From assembly GCF_006345805.1 (NCBI RefSeq), contig NC_043005.1:29202001-29266000 (forward strand): 64,000 bases of DNA, in the 5' to 3' direction. Position numbers and translations under genes: made by a program. Each line of letters starts with the position of its first letter. Within the stretch, counting starts at the first letter, position 1. The DNA comes from Octopus sinensis (taxonomy: Eukaryota). Under the pieces are notes generated by a model. That model saw nothing but the letters and a program-made list of their open reading frames with translations, did not search any database and had not been told where the DNA came from. Below, one piece after another: positions 49,650 through 62,354 of the stretch.

Positions 49650-50110
49650 ACTAATTACTAAGCGTCAAAATGTATGCCATACTTGATCCTCCATAAATAA
49701 AGTATGGCACACAGGAAGGAAGTGATTAGAAAATCTGGAAAAAGGGAATACTTTCTGAGCATCTTGAAAAATATTTTCCGTGTGAAGACCAGGAGTATGC
49801 ACTTAAAGAAGTCGTATGGGTCTTCTGCAACAGAAGATAAAATAAAATACTTTCTGTTTGTCTGCAGAAGATCATGCGCAAATGTGTTTTCAGAAAACTT
49901 CAAAGTAGCAGCAAAATGAATGACCAAAGAAGTCTGTCTTGGTGCAAGGACCGGTATGTTAGCTCTCATTTTAAGGAGTATGCACTTACTATCCGAGAAT
50001 AGGAAACAAAATAAGTGGGGATACAGGCAACACCGATATAAATTCTGTGGAATTTATTCCAAAGATGAAACTCACATTATAAGAAGCTGAACATGTCATC
50101 ACTTGATTAT
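49650..50110 (+). mobile_element. Possible R4/Dong-like pre-CCHC fragment
   Basis: KEYALT and YKFCGIYSKDETHII resemble the CCHC lead-in; weak. Confidence 0.35.
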
Positions 50111-50759
50111 CTCATTTAGTCTTTCTCATCTGTGGAAAGGCCCGGTTGTGAAGAAAACCCTGAAACGGTAGGCATTTTCTCCTGATGACTCCTGAAACCT
50201 ACCAGCGTCCGATATGCGTGCTTTCGATTGGCAGCACTTGTACAAACAAGCTGTTTGAAAGTCTCTATGGAGCATGATGTCGTAGCTGAAATAGTGTACA
50301 GAGCAATCTGTAAAATTGAATAGTACTGAATAACAAAATATTATAAGTTACAGTGACGAAGAGGGGGCATTCACCCACAATACTAAAAGAAAAAAATACT
50401 GGTGAGATGTGAACATTGAAGTCTTTGTAAAATATAAGGGTAGCTGACCAAACATACTGGATAAAGCGGAAGAGAACAGAAAGTAACTTATGGTTGTAGA
50501 CACGAGTTGTATAGTTGACGCTAACACAGAGTTAGAGATAAAAGAAAAGATATAATCTAAGCCAAACTGCTGCTGAGATATACTACACATTAAATATACC
50601 AAATACGGGTTATAAAATTAGTTATAACTGTATAATTAATGAAAGATTTGGTTATGTAATTTACTGCATCAGGACAAATCTTGAGAAACACCTGGGTATA
50701 TATTCTACATGCAGTTTAAAGGACACAAAAAACGTGGGACAAGAGGAGTAGTTGCCGCA

Positions 50760-51400
50760 CCCGGACTAGTGATATATGCACTACATATCGCCCTTCGTTA
50801 TTCAGGAACATAAGAGAGCTATTAAATATCTGATCAACAAAAGAGATAAGATGTCGAATGTGACGAACCAGTGTGGAAGGTGTAATCCATGTCGTCAACC
50901 AATCCCCACCCGCCCCAAACACCTGCGGGGTATTACCTTACAGTGCAACTTGATATTGTGGTCAAAAATATTTACAGTGCTAACATCTAGAAGGATTGCT
51001 TGACGTTTGTATCAAAGCATATCAAAACCAGGATGTGTCCATACCTTTAAAGATAAGGAATGCGGTAGAAACATTCCAGTAAAAACACGAACCCTGTAAA
51101 ATAGTAACACACCCAGCATTGTTGTGTGTAACAAGGAACAAAAATCATGTAATTTTGTAGAGGTCAGCTGACCAGCGAATGAGAATATTTCGAGCAAAGT
51201 CGTGGAGAAAGAGAATAACTATGGTGAACTATTGCAGGAATTAGAACCTTGTATCCCGGCTATGAATTCTCCTTTGTTCTTGTTGTCTTAGCTGCATTAG
51301 GCTTTGGAGCAATGAATTCTCATAAAAGTTTAAAAATTCTGGTGTCTTCTAATAAACAACAATAACAAAACACTCTAATTCGAGTCCTCTAAATCCAATC
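50760..51400 (+). mobile_element. RLE-type non-LTR 3' fragment (CCHC plus RLE)
   Basis: VIQEHKRAIKYLI, NIPVKT, PSIVVCNKEQKSCNFVEVS*P, KENNYGELLQEL and YEFSFVLVVLAALG. Confidence 0.7.
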
Positions 51401-52329
51401 GATTTTTAGAGAAAGGAAGATTCCAAAGATTCTCCATTTCCAGTTCCTGGAATAAACGTATACACTCAATCGTGTAAGTGCATATAGTATGCACACATAC
51501 ATAAATAGAGAGTATACACACACAGACACACAGACATTCTAGTGTACTAAAGGGACCTTCACTACACGGATGTATATAAATCTATACAGACACCTATATA
51601 CACATCGGCCCATGCATACAAGTATATTAATTGCTTTGCACATTCACATGTTTGGAACTGTCTTATAAAAGAAAAACAAAAAAGGAGAAAAGCCTTGTCA
51701 CTTAGTGACCCGTTTGTTTTCACAGAGATAAGTGCGTAAACTTACATACATGCACTCACACATACATACAGATAAACATGCATACATATATATACATACA
51801 TACACACAAATGTATATATATACAATTACACACATATACATGCATTCTAATATTTCGTTTAAGCATAGCAATACTCACTCACATACACACAAACACTCAT
51901 ACACACACATACACGTATACACATATATTTATACATACATACTGACAGACAGACATATAAATGCATACATAGATATGTGGCGATTGCTCCACTTTCGCAG
52001 ATGATTGCCGTCTCGTTTCGCTTCCTCGCTGTCATTGGCATTTCTGACTTTCCATCCATGACCTCTCAGACCTGTACGGTTTGAAGCGAAGGTGGCAGAC
52101 GCAAGTTATGACTTATTATTGTACAGTTCCAATTGGTTCGGTCTGCACACGTCGCCGCTCTCTCATCGCCAGAGAGATTTCAGTAGATGGAATGACAAAT
52201 GAGGTCAGCATAAAGAGACATCTGTGCCTCATTGGATTAGAGTGACAAACGCCAGTACAACACAAACACCACTCTCTGAGTCTCCGTGATTATATATATA
52301 TATATATATATATATTTCAAAATGTGACC

Positions 52330-52530
52330 TCGTGTGTACCGTTGGCGATTTTTTTCCCTCTGTCCTCCCTTCTCTGGATCTTTCCTTCTCCTATGTTTCC
52401 GACGAAGAGCTCCGCTCGAAACGTTAAACCCTCCTTCTTTCCTTCTTTCCTGAGCGTCCAATAATACTATATTTGTTCCACGTCCTCGCGTTGTTGTGTT
52501 TTTTTGTGCTTTCTTGTTTGGATTAACTTT
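52330..52530 (+). mobile_element. Penelope-like terminal relic with minimal hammerhead motif
   Basis: GTTT-CCGACGA-A-GAGC-TCC-GCTC-GAAAC-GT-T-AAAC, then TTCCTGAGCG..TAATAC; (TA)n on both sides. Confidence 0.6.
52395..52429 (+). ncRNA. Minimal type I hammerhead ribozyme motif (core variant CCGACGA)
   Basis: Stem I GTTT/AAAC, stem II GAGC/GCTC, GAAACGU, GUU triplet. Confidence 0.5.
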
Positions 52531-52536
52531 ATATAT

Positions 52537-52569
<33 letters not shown>

Positions 52570-53139
52570 CACACACACTAACTGAATAGTACGTCGTTGC
52601 TAGGAAATTTTTGCAATAGAATGCTTTATATAACTTTTTTGTTTATTCCATGTCAGAGCATGCCTTCTCCGACAGATAGGTCTCTTGATCAGGACAGATT
52701 TGTGCAATTTTTCGCATAAAATACTTCGTTTAGGATATTTTCCTTTTAAAATTATTTACATGTCTATGACTTTATTTATTAAAACTTCAGACGTTCTTAC
52801 AACTTTGGTCATCGTAATGCTTTGCTTTCGTTTGTTTAATAAAAATTCATCCTCCTTATGAATTTGCTATCATTTCGTGATAGACAGCTATCATGCAGAA
52901 TGGCAGCAATCAAGCAGTTACCGTGCAGAAAATGCCAGCTTCCATTTATTAAACTTTAAAACTCAGTAACATTTTTCTGCAATTTTTCTGGAATAAATAA
53001 ATAATAAAATCGGATTTAACATGGAAAATTATTTCAATATACCAAATTTGGAAATGTTGATGTAATTTTAAAATCTCACAATATGTGACAGCAAGAAGGA
53101 AGACTCTACAAAAGTAGAGAGACAGAGAGTTATAGCACA

Positions 53140-53215
<76 letters not shown>

Positions 53216-54003
53216 ACACACACACACACATTTACAAACGTACTCACAGGTAATCACAAGTTTAAAATGGTGCATAGTAGACATATGTATGTATATATGC
53301 ATGTATGTATATATGTATGTATGTGTGTATGTATGTACGTATACATGTATGTATGTATGTATGTATGTATGTATGTATGTATGTATGTATGTATGTATGT
53401 ATGTATGTATGTTTGTGTGTGTCTGTGTATGAGTGTTTCTTTGTGATAGACAGCAGAAAACCACCTACTCCTCTCCTTAAAGCTACGTCTTCCTCACACC
53501 CACCTTTCTGTGTATGTGTGTGCGTGTGTGTATGTTTGTGTGTGTCTGTGTGTATGTTTGTGTGTGTCTCTCTGTGTGTTGTATCAATGTATTTACGAAA
53601 GTATGTATGCAGCGCGCGTGTATATGACGTTATCATCCCATTCTCACCGCTATTCTCGCCTTCACTAATATAAATCACCCTGCTACCTTCCGACTAATAC
53701 TTTTTGCAACCTTCTCATTTTATCATATAATTTGCCCAACACCCATGAGAGGGCACATTATAGATTTTTTATTGAAATCCAATTAGTCTATTATTGAACG
53801 GGATGTTAGTGTAACATGTATGCAAAGTTTCGTGAATATTGGTTCGCTGGTTTAGACACTAAGATGGTAACATACAGACAGAAATTACCATTTGTATATA
53901 TATTATATTATATTATATTATATTATTTATATTATATTATATTATATTATTTATATATATATATATATTATATATATATATTATATATATATATATATAT
54001 ATA

Positions 54004-54106
54004 CAGTTTCGCGGGGGTTACGTTCCCTGAGCACCCGCGAATAGAGAAAAAGCACGAATATTGGACGTGGCTCATAAAATACCTATAAATGTCAAAATAT
54101 GATGTA

Positions 54107-54156
<50 letters not shown>

Positions 54157-55946
54157 GTAATTTAATAAAAAATAAAGTGAAATGTACGGTTACTCACCAA
54201 TAATGAATGATATTGATTTAAGATATTGGTGATGATGAAAAATAATGAAGGTAATGATTGCACAGCAAAGAAGATTTAAAGCTCTTCAGGTGACATCTGT
54301 TCTTCATGTGTTTTAGTGGATGTCGTATCTTCGTGCAAGGCTTTCTTGATGGGTTTGAGGAACATTCTGATGGGAATTTGCTGTCGTTGTTTTTTCATGG
54401 TGGTGAGGAGAGTTTTATATGTCTGCATGGCAGCATCGATGGCATTTTTAAATTGGAGAAACCGAACCATATAGGGATCCCCTGCTTCCGCCTTCCCTTA
54501 CAATTCTTTTGCTGTCCTTAGTCGGGTAGATGTTCAATTGTCAGGCCCACCTCATTCTCCTCTTCCTCTGGATCTGACGCTTCTTCTTTCTCTTTGTTGG
54601 AAGACTTCATTAACTCCAACAAACCTTCATCTGTCAGGGTTTCAGAGTGGGCATCAACGAGATTATTGACCTCATCTTGTGTGTTGCCGTTAAAACCTTC
54701 ACCAAGTACCTTTGCCAGTTTCACCGCATTGTTGACAGCCTTGTATTGAATATATTCAGGTGAGAAGCCCTCGTAGCCCCGGATACACTTTGGCCACACC
54801 TTCTTCCAGCATGCGATGAGGGTTTCTGTTTTCATGTCTTTAAGAGCAGCGTGGATGACTGGTAGGCATGTTGCGATCGTAAAGTTACGCCAGTAATCCT
54901 TTATCTTGAAATTCTCGTCCGAATCTATTGCGTCCACAAGGTGTTGGAGAGAGTTCCGAGTGTAAAGCCTTGATCCATAGGCGGGATGAGGAGGTGGTTT
55001 TGGCAGGGAAGAACTCGACTTGGACTCCCTCGTGATTCAGATTCAAAGAGTGACCACCAGCATTGTCTATAACAAGCAGCACCTTGGATTCCATGCATAC
55101 GTTTTGGAGGTATTCCTTGGCTTGAGGGATGAAGCATTGGTGGAATCAATTCAAAGTTAGACTTTTGGTAATCCAGGCCTTGGGGTTGTGCATCCAGTGG
55201 ATAGGCAGCAGGTTTTTATTCTTATTTTTGAAGGTTCTCGGTTCACAGACTTGTAGATAAATCCTGGTTTCATCATGAAGCCAGTAGCATTGCCACACAT
55301 AATTAGCGTCATTTTGTTCTTCTGTACCTTAAATCGTGGGGCTCTGGCTTCGTCCTTCATGATGTACCTTCTGGAAGATGCCTTCCAGAACAAGCCAGTC
55401 TCGTCCATATTGAAAACCTGTTCCGGCTTGTATCCCTTGTCCTCGATGATCTGCCTGAAGGTCTCAAGGTATTTCTCCGCGGCTTTTTGTCTGCTGATGC
55501 TGTCTCTCCATGCAGGGAAACACTCTTTATTTTAAACCGTTTCTGGAAACGGTCAAACCATCTCTTGCTGGTTTGAAAATCTTCGGACTCCGGTGCCGTC
55601 AATGGTCTTGGTTGCGGTTCTTCGGTGCCTTCTGCTCCGTCTCCTCTGTCGAACTGCTGGTATAATTTCAGCGCTGTCTCGCGAATGATGTTACTACTCA
55701 GGTGGATGTTTTTCTTCTCGTAGTCACTGATCCACAATGCCAAGGCAGATTCAATCCTAACGAAGTGCTTATTTCTCACTATCGTTATCGTTTTGGCACT
55801 TTCACAGAAACTTACTACTACGGTAGTCCTGATCGCCACCTCGTTCATCTGTATGTAGCGTATGGTGCTTTCGTTGACAACATAAAAGCGACCTACTGCA
55901 AATAACCGGGATCGCGAATGCCGAACCGCGAACAAGCGAGGTACAC

Positions 55947-55948
<2 letters not shown>
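54004..55948 (-). mobile_element. Tigger/pogo DNA transposon with frameshifted transposase
   Basis: TA flanks; related termini CAGTTTCGCGG and TAGTGTACCTCGCTTGTTCGCGG; ESALALWI, SKRWFDRFQKR, VFNMDETGLFWK, LVIDNAGGH, PMDQG and IACWKKVWP across frames. Confidence 0.9.
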
Positions 55949-55949
<1 letters not shown>

Positions 55950-55978
<29 letters not shown>

Positions 55979-56085
55979 TGTATGTATGTATGTATGTATG
56001 TATGTATGTATGTATGTATGTATGTATGTATGTATGTATGTATGTATGTATGTATGTATGTATGTATGTATGTATGTATGTATGA
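55950..56085. repeat. (TATG)n microsatellite
   Basis: Pure run directly next to the Tigger TA site. Confidence 0.95.
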
Positions 56086-56466
56086 GGGATTTAGTTCACT
56101 TGTGATCTAAACGAATAGGTACACTGGTTAAGTGCTATAATTTGTCATCCATTAGGTTCCAAGTTCACAGCTGAGGCTGGAGCCAGGGATCCGTATTAGG
56201 CTTCCCTGTTAGCCTAAAATGGAAAAAATTCATTAGTGGAAAAGGACATCCAAAACCACAGACAGACAGACACACACAGACACACACACACACACACATA
56301 CATACATACACACATACATACTTCAGTACATACACGTATACGCAAAAAAAGACAAATGCATATGTAAACATTGATTCCTTACACGACCACCTATCTATGC
56401 ATCCATCCATCCATCCATCCAGACACACATACATGCATATAAAATACACTTATGCACTCCTTCAGA

Positions 56467-57010
56467 TGTGTATGTATGTATGTATGTATGTATGTATGTA
56501 TGTATTATGTATGTATGTATGTATGTATGTATGTATGTATGTATGCATGTATGTATGTATGTATGTATGTATGTATGTATGTATGCATGTATGTATGTAT
56601 GTATGTATGTATGTATGTATGTATGTATGCATGTATGTATGTATGTATGTATGTATGTATGTATGTATGTATGTATGCATGTATGTATGTATGTATGTAT
56701 GTATGTATGTATGTATGTATGTATGTATGTATGCATGTATGTATGTATGTATGTATGTATGTATGTATGTATGTGGTGTGTGTATGTATGTATGTATGTA
56801 TGTATGTATGTATGTATGTATGTATGTATGTGTGTGTGTGTATGTATGTATGTATGTATGTATGTATGTATGTATGTATGTAGTGTGTGTGTGTATGTAT
56901 GTATGTATGTATGTATGTATGTATGTATGCATGTATGTATGTATGTATGTATGTATGTATGTATGTATGCATGTATGTATGTATGTATGTATGTATGTAT
57001 GTATGTATGT
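56467..57010. repeat. Long (ATGT)n array with periodic ATGC variants
   Basis: About 540 bp; source of the MYVC/HTYI ORFs. Confidence 0.95.
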
Positions 57011-57239
57011 GTGTGTGTGTATGTGAATGTATGTGTCTGTGTGTGAATGTGTGTATGTGTGTATGTTCTTGTGTATGTGTGTGTGTGTGTGTTTGGCAAT
57101 AACAGCCAATGTGTGCAGGTCATTAACTTGCAGCCGATCCTCGTTAGTAATTGCGACGTTTTCTCACTGGTTACATTTACCAACATTTAGTGTTGAGTCA
57201 GAATAAACCACTACATTCTCACCATCAACCCTAAACTCC

Positions 57240-57275
57240 CCCCTCACCCCCACCATCATCATCATCATCATCACC

Positions 57276-57371
<96 letters not shown>

Positions 57372-57545
57372 GTCATTACCATCAGTAGCAGCAGCACTAG
57401 TACCGCCAAGCCGCCGACGCCAGCAGCAGCAGCACCAGCACCACCAGCACCACCAGCACCACCAGCACCACCAGCACCACTACCAGCACCACCACCAGCA
57501 CCAGCACCACCACGCACCACCACCACCACCACGACCGCCGCCGCC
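57240..57545. repeat. (CAT)n-(CGT)n-(CACCAGCAC)n compound repeat
   Basis: Directly visible. Confidence 0.9.
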
Positions 57546-57648
57546 TTTTGGTTAATTTCCTTCATTCAACACAACTACAGTTATGGAATTATGAACAACA
57601 AGGATCTGTTAAATGAACTATTGTTGCAATACATCATCATCATCATTG

Positions 57649-57681
<33 letters not shown>

Positions 57682-58121
57682 ATAGCAACAACAATAACAA
57701 TAACTACTACTAATACTAATACTGCTACTTCTATGTAAACAACAACAGCATTAGAACTTCATCAACGTCAACAATGGCAACCACCACCACCACCACCACC
57801 ACCACTACCTACACCACCTCCACAACAACAACAACAACGTGGAACTAGGAAAATCAATTTGAAGTGAATGGTTGATGGTGGTTGATGGTGATTCGTGAAA
57901 GAAGGATGAAAGAGGAATCGAGAAAGGAGGAGCAAAAAATAGAAATAGAGAAAAGTTGAAGAAATGTAAATTCCATTTGAGTTTTGTTTTTTACAAATGG
58001 GAAAAAGAAATAAGAACGAAATATTCTGAGTTTTTCTTAAAAAAAAACATTGACTCATATAATTATATAGAACTTAACAGAATTTTTATCACAACACTTA
58101 TTATTATTATTATTATTATTA

Positions 58122-58187
<66 letters not shown>

Positions 58188-58196
58188 CATTACATA

Positions 58197-58800
58197 AGGC
58201 GGCGAGCTGGCAGAAACGTTAGCACGCCGGGCGAAATGCGTAGCCGTATTTCGTCTGCCGTTACGTTCTGAGTTCAAATTCCGCCGAGGTCGACTTTGCC
58301 TTTCATTCTTTCGGAGTCGATTAAATAAGTACCAGTTACGCACTGGGGTCGATATAATCGACTTAATCCGTTTGTCTGTCCTTGTTTGTCCTCTCTGTGT
58401 TTTGCCGCCTGTGGGTAGGAAAGAAATAGGTATTTCGTCAGTCGCTATGTTCTGAGTCCAAATTCCACCGAAGTTGACCTTGCCTTTTATCTTTTCAGAG
58501 TCGATAAAATAAGAACTAGTTGAGCTCTGGGGTCAAGATTTCAGCCCTTGTGCCTTTAATAGAAAGTATTATTAAGGCAGTGAGCCAACAGAATCGTTAG
58601 CATGCCGAACAATTGCTTAGCAGCATTTCGTTCGTCTCTACGTGCAGAGTTCAAATTCCGACGAAGACGTCTTTGCCTTTCATATTTCAAGTGTGTAGCG
58701 TGGTGTCGATAAAATAGTTGTCATTTGGGAACGGGGTGGGTTAATGTAATCAACTAACCTCTTCCCACCAGATTTCAGGCTCTGTGCCTATTGCAGAAAG
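58197..58800 (+). mobile_element. SINE family B trimer after (TTA)n
   Basis: Full unit 58197-58430, partial unit to about 58565, third unit 58575-58800. Confidence 0.85.
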
Positions 58801-59074
58801 GTTAATGCACCTTCTCGAGTCATGTGGACTCGTAGGGCCGTTCCCCCTAGAGTTTGCTGAGATTGACATATCTATGAGTAAACGTATTTTGTCATTGTGA
58901 TTTTTGACCACAATATCTGGACTGTTGGCATGAATAACTAGATCATTTTAAATACTGAAGTCAAAAAGAACTGCAATATTTTTTTACTGCTTTGGCTGAC
59001 TTACTTTTCCGCCATTTCTCATACGAGAGTCCAAACTGACAGCAGACGATCCTGTGCAAATACTAACCAAGTCT

Positions 59075-59150
59075 ACCACCACCACCACACACCACCACCA
59101 CCACCACCACCACCACCACCACCACCACCACCACCACCACCACCACCACC

Positions 59151-59229
<79 letters not shown>

Positions 59230-59230
59230 T
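59075..59230. repeat. (CAC)n(TAC)n compound microsatellite
   Basis: Directly visible. Confidence 0.95.
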
Positions 59231-59898
59231 TTTTAATGAGCTACTCAGATGTATTTCGCTTCGTTCCGCGAGTTTTTTAAAATTAAATTGTCGTTTATTT
59301 ACCCTTTAGGGATTTGTTATTCTGGAATGTTTACTTTGTCGCGGAGTCAACCAGAACTACAGAAGGTTGGTTAGTTATTTTATTAGTTCCTTCTGGAAAT
59401 TTAAAAATATTTCTGAAAATTTCGTGAAAAAAAAAACAACAAAACAAAACAGAAAACGCAACCTCAAACAAAAAGACAAACAACCAAAAACATCGACATC
59501 AAAGATGGCATTGTCTTTATGTGTATCAACCAGCGAAAGAGGGAGATGAGAGGTGATTTCGAGAGACAAATCAATTCTACCACTTCAAGCCACCTCTTCA
59601 GCATCAGCCACATAATTCTCTCCGTGTCAGAAATATGTCCCTAATATTACCAATACAGAAGGGCAACTACTACATCGCTGACAATACTTCCAGTAACAAC
59701 GACATCAACAACATGGCAGTACCAGGCCATTAAGAAGCGCCAGGTGTCTCCCCTTTCTTGCCATCATAGATTTTACTATGACAACATACAACAACATCTC
59801 TACCCAACACTAACGGGGTTTTTAACAACAAACACCGCCATTACTCAAAGGATAGTAGGTGTCATCACCTCTCTCTCTCTCTCACTATATATATACGC

Positions 59899-60325
59899 CA
59901 AATATTCTGCTCAATATCACAGATTTGCTTGTCAGTTGTTTGACTTTAACCAGTTGAGCATGTCCCTTAGTAACTGACGATATGTTCATCTCTGATCACG
60001 AGCAGAAGTAGTGGGGTAACATTGTAGCCATGTGTTGAGAGGAATTCTTTGGGGTTTGGATAAGTAACCTCTGGGTGTTTCGCTTAACATTCTTAAACAG
60101 ACCTTATTCAGGGACCTTTTGAGCGGGATAGGCTACTCGACCTGAAGAAAATTCTAACTGGGCCCCATCTGCAAGGTTATGCGCTGTTTATCTTGATATG
60201 AGATCACTATGTCACGCACATATGGTTGTGGCGCATGTGTCTGTTGCACCCTTATCAGATGGGTAGTCATAACGGGTATATTTTACCCCACTGTCACTTT
60301 GATGGCATTCACTGCTCTCTCACTC
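59899..60325 (+). mobile_element. Element D copy 3 (left-truncated)
   Basis: Begins at CAAATATTCTGCTC, intact right end followed by (TAA)n. Confidence 0.75.
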
Positions 60326-60329
60326 AAAA

Positions 60330-60398
<69 letters not shown>

Positions 60399-60605
60399 TA
60401 ATAATAATAATAATTTATGTGTTTATCTGACTTCAAAGTCTCCTCTCTTGTACTCGCATGAATTTATTTATAGATATACGTAGAGCGAAAAAAACCCCTT
60501 TCCTCTCACTATTCCTCCTTCTCTGTCTCTCCCTCATTTCCTTACTGACCACGGTGTATGTATTTACACACACACTTCACACACACACACACACACACAC
60601 ACACA

Positions 60606-60639
<34 letters not shown>

Positions 60640-60953
60640 ACACACGCACACTGTTTTCAAATTTTTCGATTAGTCGAAATGATGTTATTTCCCCGATCAC
60701 AATATCGCAACTAGTAACTTTCTACTTTAATCAAATAAGCTCAGAAATTTCTGGTTGTCTGACTTCTTCCTTCTTCGCTCAACCACACACTTTACTCTAC
60801 ATCCTCGCACAGTGAAGTATATATGCTCTCCTACCATAATTTTTTCTCCCTTTTTCTTCCTTCCTTTTTTCTTTTCCTTCTTTTTGTTTTTATTCTTTTC
60901 CTTGACATCTCTCTGCATATCTTATTTACTCAGGTACGTGGTACCCTCCCCTT

Positions 60954-60998
<45 letters not shown>

Positions 60999-61289
60999 CA
61001 CCACTACCACCACCACCACCACCACCACCACCACCACCACCACCACCACCACCACCATCACCATAAATGAAGCTGTGAAATCGAATCCCGAATGTCGGAT
61101 GGTCGGCGACTAGATCGGCAACCCAACAAAGTTAGCTTTGTAAGGAGGGTGATTTTCTTGCTACATGATCTCCTTGAAAGATGAAAGACAAGACCTGCCT
61201 AAGTGCAAATGAACTTTAAGGCGTCAATGGCCATCCAAATAGCATGTTTTTTCCTTAGTTGTGAATGCTGATGAAGCCAATATCGCTTA

Positions 61290-61480
61290 GGACAAAAAGA
61301 AAAAAAAAGGCACAGTAGTCTTATCTGATGATGTAGAACTACCAAACGGCGGGAGAATTAAGGATGTCAATGTGGATGAATATAAGTATCTGGGTATTTT
61401 GGAGTACGATAAAATCAAGGAAGCTGTGATGAAGGAAAGCTTTAGGCGAGAATATCTCAGGAGAACCAAGTTTTCAAATG
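61290..61480 (+). mobile_element. R4/Dong-like RT domain 7 fragment
   Basis: VELPNGGRIKDVNVDEYKYLGILEYDKIKEAVMKESFRREYLRR. Confidence 0.75.
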
Positions 61481-61532
61481 TCGAATAACAACAACAAAAT
61501 CAACAACAACTTCAGCAGCAACAACAACAATA

Positions 61533-62097
61533 CCCTGATGCAGTACCAGGCATTGGCTCTCATGGTTTCTGATTTTAACTGATTGGAAATGTTATCATGT
61601 ACATTGTTTCGTCTTGGTATAAAAGATGGGTTACAGCAAATATTCTGCTCAATACCACAGATTTGCTTGTCAGTTGTTTGACCATAACCAGTTGAGCATG
61701 CCCCTTAGTGGCTGATGATATGTGCATCTCTGATCATGAGCAGAAGTAGTGGGGGAGCATCATAACCATGTGTTTCAACACATGGCTATTCACATGGCTC
61801 ACAGGGATTCTTTGGGGTTTGGATTATTCATTTCTGGAAACATGAGTGTTTTGTTTATCATCCTTAAACAACCCTTATTCTAGGACCTTTTAAGCAGGAT
61901 GGGCTACTCGACCTGAAGAAAATTCCGACTGGGTTCCACCTGCAAGGTCATGCACTGTTTATTATGATATGAAATTAACATGTCGCACACATATGGTTGT
62001 GATGCATCTGCTTGGTGTACCTTCATCAGATGGGTATACTGGGCGTCGTATATTTTACCCCAGTCTCACTTTGATGGCATGCACTGCTCTCTCACTC
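61533..62097 (+). mobile_element. Element D copy 4 (full length, with small templated insertion)
   Basis: CCCTGATGCAGTACCAGGC...CTCTCTCACTC(AAT)n; left flank is (CAA)n. Confidence 0.75.
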
Positions 62098-62144
<47 letters not shown>

Positions 62145-62156
62145 TAATAATAATAA

Positions 62157-62354
62157 ACCTTTTTACTATAGGTATCAAGGCCTGGGGAGGGGATAAGTCG
62201 ATTACATCGACCCCAGTACGCAACTGGTACTTATTTAATCGACCTCGAAAGGTTGAAAGGCAAAGTCGACCTCGGCGGAATTTGAACTCAACGTAAGGAC
62301 AGATGAAATGCCGCTGAGCATTTTGCCCAGCGTGCTAACGATTCCGCCAGCTCG
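62157..62354 (-). mobile_element. SINE family B
   Basis: Family B motifs from tail to head. Confidence 0.8.

Noticed and set aside
50167-50203. GGTAGG...CTGATGA-CTCCT-GAAA-CCTACC hammerhead-like string
   Set aside because: Stem III pairs, but stems I and II cannot form and U16.1 is a C.
56395-57186. Longest ORFs in the track (up to 263 aa)
   Set aside because: Entirely (ATGT)n read-through.
59485-59520. Adjacent TCF (ACATCAAAG) and Sox (CATTGTC) motifs
   Set aside because: Two short motifs alone are not distinguishable from chance.
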